From Vicugna vicugna (taxonomy: Eukaryota), in the NCBI GenBank assembly GCA_013265495.1, contig MU058654.1, positions 248,001 to 312,000 of the forward strand: a DNA stretch of 64,000 nucleotides, given 5' to 3'. The notes under the pieces were generated by a model. That model had not been told where the DNA came from. It saw only the letters and a program-made list of their open reading frames with translations, and searched no databases. The position numbers and the translations under genes were made by a program. The stretch's first letter is position 1. Each line of letters begins with the position of its first letter. Of this stretch, positions 36,626 to 48,270 are shown one piece after another.

Positions 36626-36899
36626 TAAAACTTGAACAACCAATAACTAAGGTGCTTTCACCTGATGGAGAACTGTCTTCCAAATCAGGGCTTGAATGAA
36701 GTATAGCATGAAGTTAATCCTAGCTATCAATAAATAGAATACCATAAATGAGGCATTTGATAAGACGATAATAAAATCTCTCTCTTAATAAAAAATAATC
36801 TAAATATGCTGAGGTCAGGCCTAGTGACTGATTCATCTTAGATGTTCAGTAAATCTTTGTGGAAATAAACCCAAATGAAAGTGAAGAGGTGGGAAAAAA

Positions 36900-37050
36900 A
36901 CCCAGGTCAAGAGGAATAAGCTTCCTTTTAGGCTCTGCCACTTGTCAAGTGAGTGACTGGGGAAGTTGAACTCTTTGAAGCTCAGTATTCTCGTATGTGG
37001 AATGAGGACAGTAGCAGAAGATCACAGTGGTTACATAAAATTTACACAAG
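36900..37050 (+). mobile_element. MIR SINE
   Basis: 'ggctctgccacttgtcaagtgagtgactggggaagttgaactctttgaagctcagtattctc'. Confidence 0.65.
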
Positions 37051-37902
37051 ACACCCCCAAACCCCTACACTTCTTCCTATAGCCTCAGCTACATTGTCTG
37101 CTCCCAAATTTGAGTCTGTGAGCGTTTTTGCACAATCTCAGCATCTCCTTAGATTACATTTTGTCTTATCAACTGAGACAGCATTGTGCGTAGAGAAGGG
37201 ATTCAATTCATCTCTGTCCATTAACAAATTCCTTTAATTAAAGGTAAACCCTCAAGAACAACACGTAAGTAGCACCGTGTACCTCGGTTTCCAGGTTTTC
37301 ATCACCTATCTTTGTCCCGAAGACCCCCCTTCTGCCCTCTTCTTATTGACAGGCAGCCAATGAATGAGAATTTGCCTTTCAGTCTATCGTGAGCAAAGTG
37401 AACTGATTCTCTTTCAGCATCACAAAACCTATAGGCAGCTGTAAAATATAATTTCCTTTCAGCTTCTTGACAGACTTGATATAAATTTCAGCACACAGGG
37501 GGATAAAAAGCAGGGGGCACTTTAAAAGATAAATTTCATCGTGTATGTCTGACAATGGCGTGTGTGTTCAGCGGCCCCCTTCTTTTTAATAGGCGGGGAA
37601 AAAAGACTTCCCTTTTAAACAATCAAAGGTTAACGTTAGCTCCGTCATTCATGTGGTTTCAATCTCTTATGCATATTGAAATACCTCAGAAAGATTTATA
37701 ACCCTGGTCCATACAGTCAGACTTCCAGTAAATGAGTCCTTTTTTGAAGGTTAAATATTTATGCTATTATTTTCTTGCTTGATACAGACAATAAGAGTAA
37801 ACCCAGTTAATCAAGGAGCCGTGGGGACAGGCCTGGTTAGGACAGGAAATGATGGCTGGCCCAACATCCAGAGAATCTTCTGCCCTCTTCAGTTCCTTTG
37901 GA

Positions 37903-37955
37903 AATGAATGAATGAATGAATCAATGAATGAATGAATCAATCAATCAATCAATGA
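37903..37955. repeat. (AATG)n/(AATC)n tetranucleotide repeat
   Basis: Directly visible. Confidence 0.9.
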
Positions 37956-38119
37956 AGCCTCCTAGACGACCAGTCCCAGGAAGCGGAAGTAAATCTCTGG
38001 AAATTATGAGTCTAAGCTAGTCTAAAATTCCCCATATATCCAACCTAGTGAGACATCTTGGGAAATGATAATAATCTTCCTTTGGAAGAACAGCAATTAC
38101 AGTGAGTGAAATACTTTTA

Positions 38120-38310
38120 CATACATAACACTTGAGCTTTACAGAACTCTACAGAGTGGACAGGCAGAAATTGTTATTTTATCTCCAAGTTGAATAGGCT
38201 GATGTTTTACATGCGTGAATGACTTGATTTGTGTCACGCAGGTGGTTAATGGCAGGACTATGACAACAACTACATTGTCTTGACTCCTATGATGCTGATC
38301 TAGCCATTGT
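38120..38310 (-). mobile_element. MIR SINE (degenerate)
   Basis: 'gaatgacttgatttgtgtcacgcaggtggttaatggcagg'. Confidence 0.55.
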
Positions 38311-38449
38311 TTGCTTTTAATCATTACAACAATAATAATAACGAACACTTACAGTGAATTACAGTGTAACAAGGGTACACTCCTTATCACGTTAGATCTT
38401 TAGACCGATCCCTTAAGGTTTTTTTTTTTTAATCTTATTTTAGCTTTCA

Positions 38450-40000
38450 CCTGATATTTATTTGCGTAAAAGTTCTGTAAAGTCCAATAAAATGAAAAAT
38501 AGCAGTTCCTTGACCCTTCACCCTCCAAGACCTACTCGCTGAGAATAGACCATTTTCAGTTCCCTCATGTATTGCTTCTGGTATGTATCTGCTTGTTTAT
38601 AAATGGTATTTTTGCATCGCTATTTCTCAATTGTTCGTTACATATTGACTACTATGATGAAAGATCAGAATCAAGTACCGAAACTGCCCCCCCAGTACAC
38701 ACAAATATGTACAGCTCCTTCTCCTCAGTTTCTCAATGGAGTTATAAAACGATTTTGGTTAAATCAATATTTAGTGCTTTAATTACCATGGCCACTTAAA
38801 TATTGTTTACAGTTCGGGCAGAAAGTACTAAATTTCCTTTATTTCTCCTTTTTTCTCAACTTCTTGTTTTTGTTTATTTTCCCATAAAGGCAGTATTTTT
38901 TTTTCTTAGCTTCCTATGTACTTATCAAAGAATTTTATCCTGAACTTCTCTCATTAGAATGAGATATAAATATATAGATATACACACACATTATTAGGTA
39001 ATAGTATTATCATTTTTTGAAAATATATGTATTTCCTGGGAACCCTCAGGCCTCTTGTCCCAAATTGGACAATTTGCTTTCCAGTCCACAAAACAGCCGT
39101 CATCCAGGTATTTCTTGTCTGTGTGTGTGTGTGTGTGTGTGTGTCCGTCCCTGTTTAATGTTCCTCTTCTCCTGACATCCTGATTTGGATGGAGCAGGTC
39201 CTCTGGTAGCATCCTGAGAAAGAAGCATGAACAATTACACTTTGAGAATGCTTAATGCTAACAGGTATTTTTTTCCCTCTCACAATCCATTAAAGGTTTA
39301 TCCCTACTTTAGATTGAAAAACTTTCACCCAGAATCGTAAAGATACCCTTCCACTTTTTTTTCTTCAGTCTTCTGTTGAAAGAGCCAAAGACATCCTGGT
39401 TATTCTTTTTCTTTTTGCAATCTGTTCTTTCTTTAGGAGACCTTTGAAAATTTTTATTCTTAAAGTTCTAAAATATCAAAATATGGACCCTCAATGCTGA
39501 TCTTTTCGTATTCATTATTTTGGGTTCTTAATGAAGCTATTTCAATCTTAGAATTCTTATCCTTTGATTCTAAAAAAAGTCATTTAATTTATAAGTGTAT
39601 TCTGTTGGTTTCCTCTAGAAATCCTTTTAGTTCAATGTCCTAGATTTCATATCTATTTCTTCATATCAATTCTCTTCTACTTTTCATTTCTTGCATTTAA
39701 AAAAATTTTTTGTTGGGGGGGAATTAGGTTTATTTACTTACTTAATTAGTTATTTAGTTATTTATTTAGTTATTTAATGGATGTACTGGGGATTGAACCC
39801 AGGACCCATGCATGCCAAGCACATATTCTACCACTGAGTTCCTCCCCTCTTCACATCTTTTAAATTAAGGTAAAATCTATAGAGTGAAATGCAAAATTTT
39901 AAATATATAATTGGATGAGTCTTGATGAATGGATGTGCCCATATGACGTGTAACCACCCACAATTAAGATACAGAACATTTCCACCACCTTCTTCTGGAT
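38450..40000 (-). mobile_element. Highly decayed old L1M fragments
   Basis: T-rich antisense L1-like text, e.g. 'ttctgttgaaagagcc', 'gtaaccacccacaattaagatacagaacatttccacc'; includes (TG)n at 39119-39143. Confidence 0.5.
39705..39848 (-). mobile_element. tRNA-Ala-derived camelid SINE (Vic-1 type)
   Basis: 'gtactggggattgaacccaggacccatgcatgccaagcacatattctaccactgagt' plus the same 'aattaggtttattt' tail as the 16805 copy. Confidence 0.9.
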
Positions 40001-40254
40001 AATCTATAAATCCTTACCCCACACTCCATTTCTTCAATTGTCTTCTCATTCCTGGCTATCCATTTCTATTTAATGTAAAACAAACTTTGATCAAAGACAT
40101 ATATGGGGAAAATGGGTTGTTGATTGATGAGACTCAGTTGTGAAACAGTTGAGGACTAAGAAATCATTTCAGAGACACCCTTCTTCATCCAAGTGACAGT
40201 ACCAATTACACTGGTTGGCGCTCTGGAAGCTACGTTTGAAGGATACTGATGGTC

Positions 40255-40852
40255 TGTGTAAGTCTTGGTTTAACTAGAGAAGCAGAACCAGTAGGAGATA
40301 TAAAGATATAGATTAAGATACATCTGTAGATACAGATCTGTCTATATAAGCGTAAATAAAGAGATTTAATACGAGGAAATGGCTTACACAGTTGTGGGAG
40401 CTGGCCAAGCAAGTTCAAAGTTCAGAGGTCAGGCAGTCAGGCAGAGAAGATCACAATCAGGCGGGAAGCCTATGGGCACAGGTTGAATTTTTGTCTGTAC
40501 GTTTCAGTCTAGAAGAGGCAGAGAGAGCAGTTGAAAAGGCAGCAGATGGTTGAAGTCTTTGCATCCAAAGAAGTTCCAAGCCCCCTTTTAAAGGGCTTAC
40601 TTTTATAAGGAAGAGCTACCAAAACCTTTTTGGTTAACTTAAAATCAATGGATTAGGGATTTTCTTTACATCTTCAAAGTTTCTTCACAGCAGCACCTAG
40701 ATTAGAGTTTGATTTTATCACTGGGAGAAGGTGCATGTATGCTACGCTATGATCATCCTCTGGCCCACCTGGTCCTCTGTAACCTACCCCAACAAGAAAC
40801 TCGAGAAACAGAATTCAGGCCAGTCAAGTTAAAAGATCAGAGCTCCATCACA
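40255..40852 (-). mobile_element. ERVL solo LTR (MLT2 group)
   Basis: 'agagaagcagaaccagtaggagatat', 'gaggaaatggcttacacagttgtgggagctggc', 'cacagcagcacctagattagagtttga', ends 'ccagtcaagtt...ccatcaca'. Confidence 0.75.
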
Positions 40853-41219
40853 TGGTCTCATGATTACAATGAAGACATCTGCTTATTCTTTAGTTGCGAG
40901 CACGCCACCCAGCCTGCACTCTCAGCTGTGCCCAGGGCCCAGTCCCAAGCCCCTAATCCAGTTTCTTTGGCGAACAGAGCTCCTATGTTCTGTTAGGGGA
41001 GGCTTCTGGAGAAATCATCTACTCCTCATACAGACTTTCAGCCATTCCTCTTGGTTTTAGCCTAATTATCCATCTCACCTTTTGAGAAACGTACAATTCC
41101 TGAAATTCTTCTGGACTTCTACAGCTCAAGGGGTTTGCTTTGTTGGAAAACCATCTGGTTTTCATCTTTCATTAATCTTATGATGCAGTTTCTACTCATT
41201 CATTCACTTACCATCTAAG

Positions 41220-41435
41220 TTTTCTAAGAGAGTAGATTAAAGGTGCTCTAACCACAAAAACAAGACAAAACAAAAAAGGTAACTCTGTAAGAAGGTGTAT
41301 ATGTCAATCAGCTTGTCTGTAGTCATCATTAAACTATATACAAATAACTGTATACAAATTGTGTATATCAAAACTTCATTTAATATACATTATATATATA
41401 TAATTTTATTTAAAATGTTTTAAAATTAAAAACAA
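41220..41435 (+). mobile_element. L1MA-type 3' end fragment
   Basis: 'ctaagagagtagattaaaggtgctctaaccaca...aaggtaactctgtaagaaggtgtatatgtcaatcagcttg'. Confidence 0.7.
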
Positions 41436-42102
41436 AAAAGTCTTGACTCCCCCCAGTTAATCTCTTCTTTCCTATTCTCTTAATCTTACTTTCTGGAAAG
41501 TTTCTTTCTGAACTTTTAGCTGGGCTTTGGCAGATAAATGAATGAGTTTAATCTACAAAGGCCAAATAGGTTTCTTTTTTTTTTCCATTTTGCCAATAAG
41601 AGAATAGGAATTACTAAGAAATTAAGTGACTTAATGTCATACAGACAACTCATGGGGTGAGCCTGAAACACAGATTGTAGTGTATCACCTAATTTTGGTA
41701 AAGTATTAAGGGCATTATTGAAAGAAACTGAGAAGTTCTTGTAAGTGTGTTGAAAATATTCTCACTCTTATTACAATTGCCCGAGAAAACTGAAGTGGTA
41801 TTTCCTGGTCACATCATGTATTTATCATCAATAAGTTGTTGACCTGATGTAATATTGGAATGACTTCTTGAACACTCAGCTATGGATCCAATTGTTGATC
41901 TTGCAATGTTGTCCAATATGATTAGCATATAATCCAAATAAAGAAGCTATATGTAGCCATCTTTCTCCCACAGTCAAAATAAAAGAACCTGGAAGCAAAG
42001 TTGTCACCAGGCAAAACTACAACTCATAATCATGTTCAAGATGTTGCTCTTCTGATAAAGACCCTAGCTTAGCATAACTGATAGTTTTAAACCTAAGAAT
42101 GT

Positions 42103-42214
42103 CAGATACTCAATGGTATATATAAAAGAGATAAACAAGTTTATACTGTATAGCATGGGGAAATATATTCAATATCTTGTAGTAGCTCATGGTGCAAAGA
42201 ACGTGAAAGTGAAA
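42103..42214 (+). mobile_element. Lineage-specific LINE-1 3'UTR internal fragment
   Basis: 'agataaacaagtttatactgtatagcatggggaaatatattcaatatcttgtagt' matches 9190-9270. Confidence 0.75.
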
Positions 42215-43215
42215 ATTTTCTTCTGCAAAGAAAACTGCAGGCTTACTTAGCGTCATGGGTGAATATTACCAAACATTTAAGAAAGAGAAAATACTAATTC
42301 TTCATAAGCTTTTCTAGAAAATTGAAGAGGAGATAATACTTTTCCATGTATTTTATGAAGCCAACATTACCTACAGATCAAATTTTGACAAATTACAAGA
42401 AAAGAAAAATATACTTGAATAAAAAATCAAAAATTCTACATAATGTTTTAGCAGACTGAATCCAACAATTTATATAAATGATAACACATCACGACAAGGT
42501 GGATTTTGTTATAGGAAAGCAAGGTTTGTTTTACATTCAAAGATCAAGTAATATAATCACTGTTAACAAACCAAAAGTGATAAACTATATGATGTTCTCA
42601 ATAGATGTAAAAATAAGTGTCTAGAAAAAAAAGTCTATTTCTGATTAAAATTTTTCAGCATGCTAGAAACAGAAGGGGACTTTCCCAACCTGACAATAGG
42701 CATCTACTAGCAAAAACTTTTGGCAAACATCATATTTAATAGTGAAAGTCTAAATGTTTTTCCTCCTAGAGCAGGAGTGAAAGAAGAATGTCTACTCTCA
42801 TATCTTCATTCAACATTATATGAGTGAGCTAACCAATTGAAAAAGGCAAGAAAAAAAATAAAAGGCAACCAGATTGGAAAGGAAAAAAATAAAACTTGAT
42901 TTATTCACAGTTCATATAATTGTCTATGTAGAAGTCAAATATAACCTAGAAAATATACAAGAATTAATAAGTCAGTTTGTCAAGGTTGCAGGATACAAGA
43001 TTAGTACACAAAATTCATATCTACAAATATATTAGCAGTGGTAAACAAAAATGAAATTTACCAAATAATACCATTACTATTATATGTGAAAGACTTTACA
43101 TAGAAAATAATATTTACATGTGTATAGGTATGTCAAAATAGATGAAATCATTACACTTCTAATATGTTCAGCTTATCATCTTCCATATAGACCTCTTTAA
43201 ATTGTTAAAAACTGT
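42215..43215 (+). mobile_element. Decayed old L1M reverse-transcriptase region
   Basis: Remnants of RT motifs 'ttttatgaagccaacattacc', 'tctcaatagatg', 'gaatgtctactctca...ttcaacatt', 'ttattcacag..catataattgtctatgtagaa'; no open frame. Confidence 0.85.
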
Positions 43216-43701
43216 TATGGTAATACCATCTTTTTATATATTATTTCATCATATCATTTAGCCTTCACACGTTATAAATATATTATAACTGAGTAGGATC
43301 CTATTGTCATTGGTGACCATCTGATATCTGTAGTGGTGTCTGTAACTGCTTAACTGTATGATGGTTTAAAGGCTTTTTCTCATGCTCTTGCTGACCAGGG
43401 TTAGGCTGGAAAGGAAGAGGCTTGTGTGGTCCACCCAACCCCTTTGTGGTGCTGTGTGCAAGGATCATGCTCAGTGCCCTGCTTTTGCCCCCCAGTGCCC
43501 TGCTCTTGATCCCTTGTGATTTCCTTGTATCCAGTTGTTCAAGCTGTAGGTCTCAGACTGCAGCAGTAGGTCTCAGGACTCAGCCTACTACAAAGGCTAA
43601 AAGCATTAATCAACCTGACTTTAAACTGCACAAATTTTTCTCTAGAGCTCTTCTCCACAGGGCCCCCTCCTATGCATCCTTTGTTCTAGGTACAAGAATA
43701 T

Positions 43702-44033
43702 TAAGAGAGTCCCAAAACCGGAGTTGAACTTCCTATCCAGCAGAGAGAAGGGGACCCCTGCATCTGAAAAAATAAGAACAGCTTTGCAACAATTCGTTAC
43801 CCTGTATGTGATCTCTATGGAAACTAGCCCTGCCCCTTGAACTCTTAAACTTTTTCTACAAAACCCTCTGCCTTCTCTCCCCAGCAGGCTCACATCACAG
43901 TCTTAGAGGCATTAGCCCACTGTGGCTTCCTTTGCCTGGCAAAGAAATAAAGCTGCCTTTTCTACTTCATCCGAAACTCTGTCCTTGAGTCTCAATTCGA
44001 TAAGCTGGGTACAGAGGCCGTGTTTTGGCAGCA
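43702..44033 (+). mobile_element. Short ERV1-type solo LTR
   Basis: AATAAA near 43946; ends ggcagca; 4-bp TSD atat at 43698-43701 and 44034-44037 (5' TG reads TA). Confidence 0.7.
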
Positions 44034-44324
44034 ATATGACTTGTTTCTCTATTAAATCTTTCCTTGTTATGTTTCTCATTACCTCAAGAAAATTAAAAAG
44101 CATAACATTTCAAACAATTAAAGGCATGATTTTCTAAAGACTATCAAATTATTCAACAATTTCAGCATTCTAACACTTCAGAGTGTTGGCATTTGTACTG
44201 GGGCTTCTCCCTTTGTGGTTACAAGATGCTAGAGAAGTTCCAAGCTGCCTATTCTCATACAGCAATGGCCAGAGGCAGAAAAAGGTAGCTTCTCTCAGTG
44301 TGCTTTTCTTTAAGTGACCAGCTC

Positions 44325-44435
44325 TAAGAATATGAAAAAGAAAATATATATATATATATCTGAATCACTATGCTGTACACCAGAAATTAACACAACATTG
44401 TAAACCGACTATACTTCAATTTAAAAACAAAAAAG
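44325..44435 (+). mobile_element. LINE-1 3' tip
   Basis: 'tgaatcactatgctgtacaccagaaattaacacaacattgtaaaccgactatacttcaat'. Confidence 0.9.
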
Positions 44436-44519
44436 AAGAGAGAACAACTCTAATAATTACTTTCTCATAAAGCAGAGACCAGAAGAGAATATCTTCCTTT
44501 GAATCATCCATTAAAGCAA

Positions 44520-44733
44520 ATAAAACTTAATAAATTGTGTCTTAAGAGAGAGACTTTCTTGACCAGCATTGCTTCATGTACCCGTTCCCAAAACATTGCC
44601 AGGGGAACAGATCCCCATCACTGACTTGCATGAAGCAAGATAAATTCCCTTCCCTGAAAAAACTGGGGCAAAAGCGGATTTTTCCTCTTAACTTGTAAAT
44701 TCAAGGAAAACAAAACCCATGGTGTCTGCTACA
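44520..44733 (-). mobile_element. MaLR LTR remnant (old MLT1)
   Basis: 'ttgaccagcattgcttcatgtacccgttccca...cattgccagggg', ends 'gtgtctgctaca'. Confidence 0.4.
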
Positions 44734-46194
44734 CTAACTCTCCAAAAGAAAGACAATAAAATAGCCCTCTAGGGTCCAGAATCGTAAGGAATTAACAGAT
44801 TCTTTAGATAAGCCAATTCAAGGATAGCAGAACCTAGCCTGCATGCCAATATCCCTGCCGACACCCAAACACACACGCACAAACACACACGCACAAACAC
44901 ACACGCACAAAGCAGAAAACAGTAATGTGTCACCATATCACTGAGTGCAGACATGACCTCAGAAATCCATTTGACCTTGTACTCTTAAGTAACCGCTACC
45001 AATCAGTGGTCACATGAGAGATGAAATATTTTTGCATTCTTTCTGCCTTCAAGAAAGAAGGCATCTAAACTTTTGAGAATCAATGATGTAGGACTGTCCC
45101 TAGATTTAGACCTCCAGTGAAGGTGTTCTCCAAGCTCGGCATCCCTATTCAGTTCTCACTCTTACCTCCATGGTTAAGTCTCCCTGTTGCTTTCTTAAAG
45201 CTGTGGCTTTAGGCAGTGTTCAACCACTTTCCTGAAACCCCAAAGTACTCAAGTTAAGAAATGCTTCTAAAAATTTAGGAAAAAAATGCCAGCGTGAGAG
45301 TGGTCAAAGGACTGTCTAAAATGAAAGACCAGAGATATTCTAAGTCCAACATCTGGATTCATCATCTCTCTCCCTAAAACATATTTTATGTCCAAAATTC
45401 GAAAGGGATATTCTTCTATAACAGAATTCTATCTTCCCTAATTTAGGAAAGACTCGAATATCATCTTAAGAAAATACCACTCTGCCTCTACCATGCAGTC
45501 TTTTCTGTCTTATGTTTCTTCTTCTCCTTCATTTTTAGGAAAACAGTAGATCTTCCCAATGGCTATCAGGGGAATTATTTGACTACAAAACGTAACCATC
45601 TTGCATCCTTTCCATGACGCTCCTATCCCTGTCCTTCCAATCCATTTGAACTGCTCACCTTGGGAAAACCTGAGGGCAGTACCCACGGTCTGACCTGCTG
45701 ACTGCTGGGACTCAGGGACTTGGCATCTGTGATGGTTACGCTAATCCAGAAGATGTCAAGAAACTCTCTGGAACGTTCTATCAGTGACCCTAACTGCATC
45801 CTCCCGCATTGCCATAATACAGAACCACGAAGAAGGAGTCATCTGATCACATACTCCGAGTATTTGGCTGCCTTGCCCGTGACGAAGCCGATCAGAGAGG
45901 ATCAGCAGTAAGACCTGCTAAATCTTTTCACACAGTGGGTGCTCCAAACTAGCAATCCTCCATGTATTTATTTTTTTTTTCAGTCTGGAAATTAAAGATG
46001 AATAATGATCTCCCAATTGCCCGGCACAATCATGATTCACCCCCAGAGCTAATAAGCCACCTTCAGTACCAGCCCGCCGCCCCCCACCCTTCTCTGCACA
46101 GACATTTTTTCCACATGGATGAACACAAAGAAATAATCAGATAGGAGATTTTTCTTCTAAATTAGGCCTCTTGTTTGTAAACTGAAAGACTGCT

Positions 46195-46565
46195 AATGCA
46201 CTTCCAGCCCGGCCGGGCACCACACATGCCCGTTTTCCCCGGGCCTGTTACAAAGGGGGCGAGAATGGGAGGTTTTGTTCTATTCTTCGGGCCCCTTCTG
46301 TGTGAGAGGCCATTCAGGCGGTGCGCACTTGTCCCTCCCTCCCTGCCTCGGCCCGGCTGTCCCTCTCTCGCTGTTCCTCTCCGTAATGCCAGCATGAGAG
46401 GCCCGCCCGGGCTGGGAGCGGGCTTTGATGTCAGACCTGCAGCGGCGGGTGGGTGGCGGCGCAGGGAGGGCGTGTGTGGGGGAGGCGAGGATGAGAGCGG
46501 GGGCCACGGCGGCCGGTGATGCGCACAGGCTCCTGCCCGTTCGCTCGGATTCTTCAGGAAGGAAA
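46195..46565. promoter_or_regulatory. Orphan CpG island (putative poised enhancer or promoter)
   Basis: About 29 CpG counted in 360 bp; GC-rich, repeat-free; TCF/LEF-type CTTTGATG at 46423-46430; G-runs at 46447-46482. Confidence 0.65.
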
Positions 46566-48240
46566 ATGCCCAGCCTTGTGATGACCGAGGTTATGAACCA
46601 GCGAAACTTCAGAAATGACCATTAAAAAGGACTGGCTCACATAAAGAATCAAATTATTGTTCAGGCTTTTGGCCTCGAAAAAAAAAAAAAAAGAAAGGGA
46701 AAAAGAAAGAGAGAGACATGCCATGAGCATTGCCAAAGAGATCAAGACACGCAGATTTTGTCCTAAGGAGGCTGGTTAGCCAAGGATGCGGGAATCCCAG
46801 CACGCAGGCAGGGTCTGAGTGACAGCTCAGGCACAACGTGCTGGCTGCCTCGCAGCTTTTGTTGCGATGACTTGTGCCACATGTCAGGAATACATCTCTG
46901 GCCCTGGTGGTTAAGGTGATATTTGTGACACAGGCAGGCAACACCTGAAAATGTCACATGGGCAGTCTACTCTGGTCTCCGCGGACCAGCATGGCAAAGG
47001 ACATCCTGAAAGGCTGAGCCCACAGAGGAGCTCCTGCCTTGTAATGAACTCTTTGGCATTCAAGGGCTACCTTCGGGGAGACCGTGGAGTTCCGTGGCTC
47101 TGCCTAGACTACAAGGCTTTTCACTGCTGAGTGTTCAGGACTGATCGGACCTTGTTCTCCTGTAACCAACACATGCTTTCTCCTCCCTCAACCACCTGTT
47201 TCCTTAATCTCACCCTGTAAAGGAAGGGGAAGTCTGTCCATGTCATTGATTTCCTGACACGTTCTGTCAACCCCGTGGAAGGAGGCGGAAAAATTCAACA
47301 CTAAATCCTTTCTCTTTCTTTTTCTTTTATTATTGACTCTCAGAGTGTGCTATTTCAAAAGAAATAACATCACCAAGCAAGAATTTATTGAGGTCCTATT
47401 CTGTGCAAGATCCATAGGAAAGAAATCTACAATTCAGAAGCTGAAAGGAAAATCGTTTCACTCTCTATTCAATCTAGAATGACCCTTCAGTATTAAAATG
47501 CTCCCTACCATTAAAATACAATCTTTTTAAAAAATAATTTTAATTTTTAGGAGAATAAAAAAGAGTTCTCTATTTTTTCCCACTGCATTTATTCCTTTTG
47601 GTTTGCATGAGCACATCCCTTATCGAGATGAGATGGTTAGTGAGTGTTTTGCATACTGGTCAGAGTATTCATGGGAGCTCTTTGTGCTTAAAGATCTCTG
47701 GGTGCCATCAAGAGCTAAAGAAACTAGCTGCCGCCAGTCAAAATGCTGTTCAGATAAGACCTCATTCTCCATTGAGATGGACTGACATATAGCTTGCTTC
47801 TAAGATGCCTTCGAAGCTAAGCCTGCCTCCCACTATTCACAGCCTAGAAGAAAATTTCTCAGAGCTCCCTCTGCTCTAGCCTTGGTCCCTAAGAAGAGGT
47901 AAGAAGCTGCTCTATGTAGGATCGCCTCAGCTCCAGGGAAAACCCCCTTATGGAATCAAGAGGATGTCTTACTATCATACTCACCCCAACTGAAGGGCTT
48001 CTAGGCTAGAAATGGGGTTCATGGTTGTAAAATCTGTTTGCCCTCTATTGTTTTCCACTGATGAAACACAGAAACACAAAGAGGCCTATCGAGGTTAAAT
48101 GAAACCATTTATTTTCAAGGATAAATACATCCCCAGTGGTAAAGGATGTGTTCGGATTAGCTGTGCATGTTTTGCATGAGTGCTTTTGTTTTTCAAACCA
48201 CATCTTGATGAGGAATCTTGCTGCTGTGAAAATCATCACT

Positions 48241-48270
48241 AAAATAAAATAAAATAAAATAAAATAAAAA
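48241..48270. repeat. (AAAAT)n repeat
   Basis: Directly visible. Confidence 0.9.

Noticed and set aside
42215..43110. Reverse-transcriptase-like sequence as part of a novel RT system
   Set aside because: It is a dead ancient L1 RT with many stops and frameshifts.
46162..46625. Several ORFs over the CpG island
   Set aside because: Stop-codon scarcity in GC-rich DNA; low-complexity G/R/P/A peptides on both strands.
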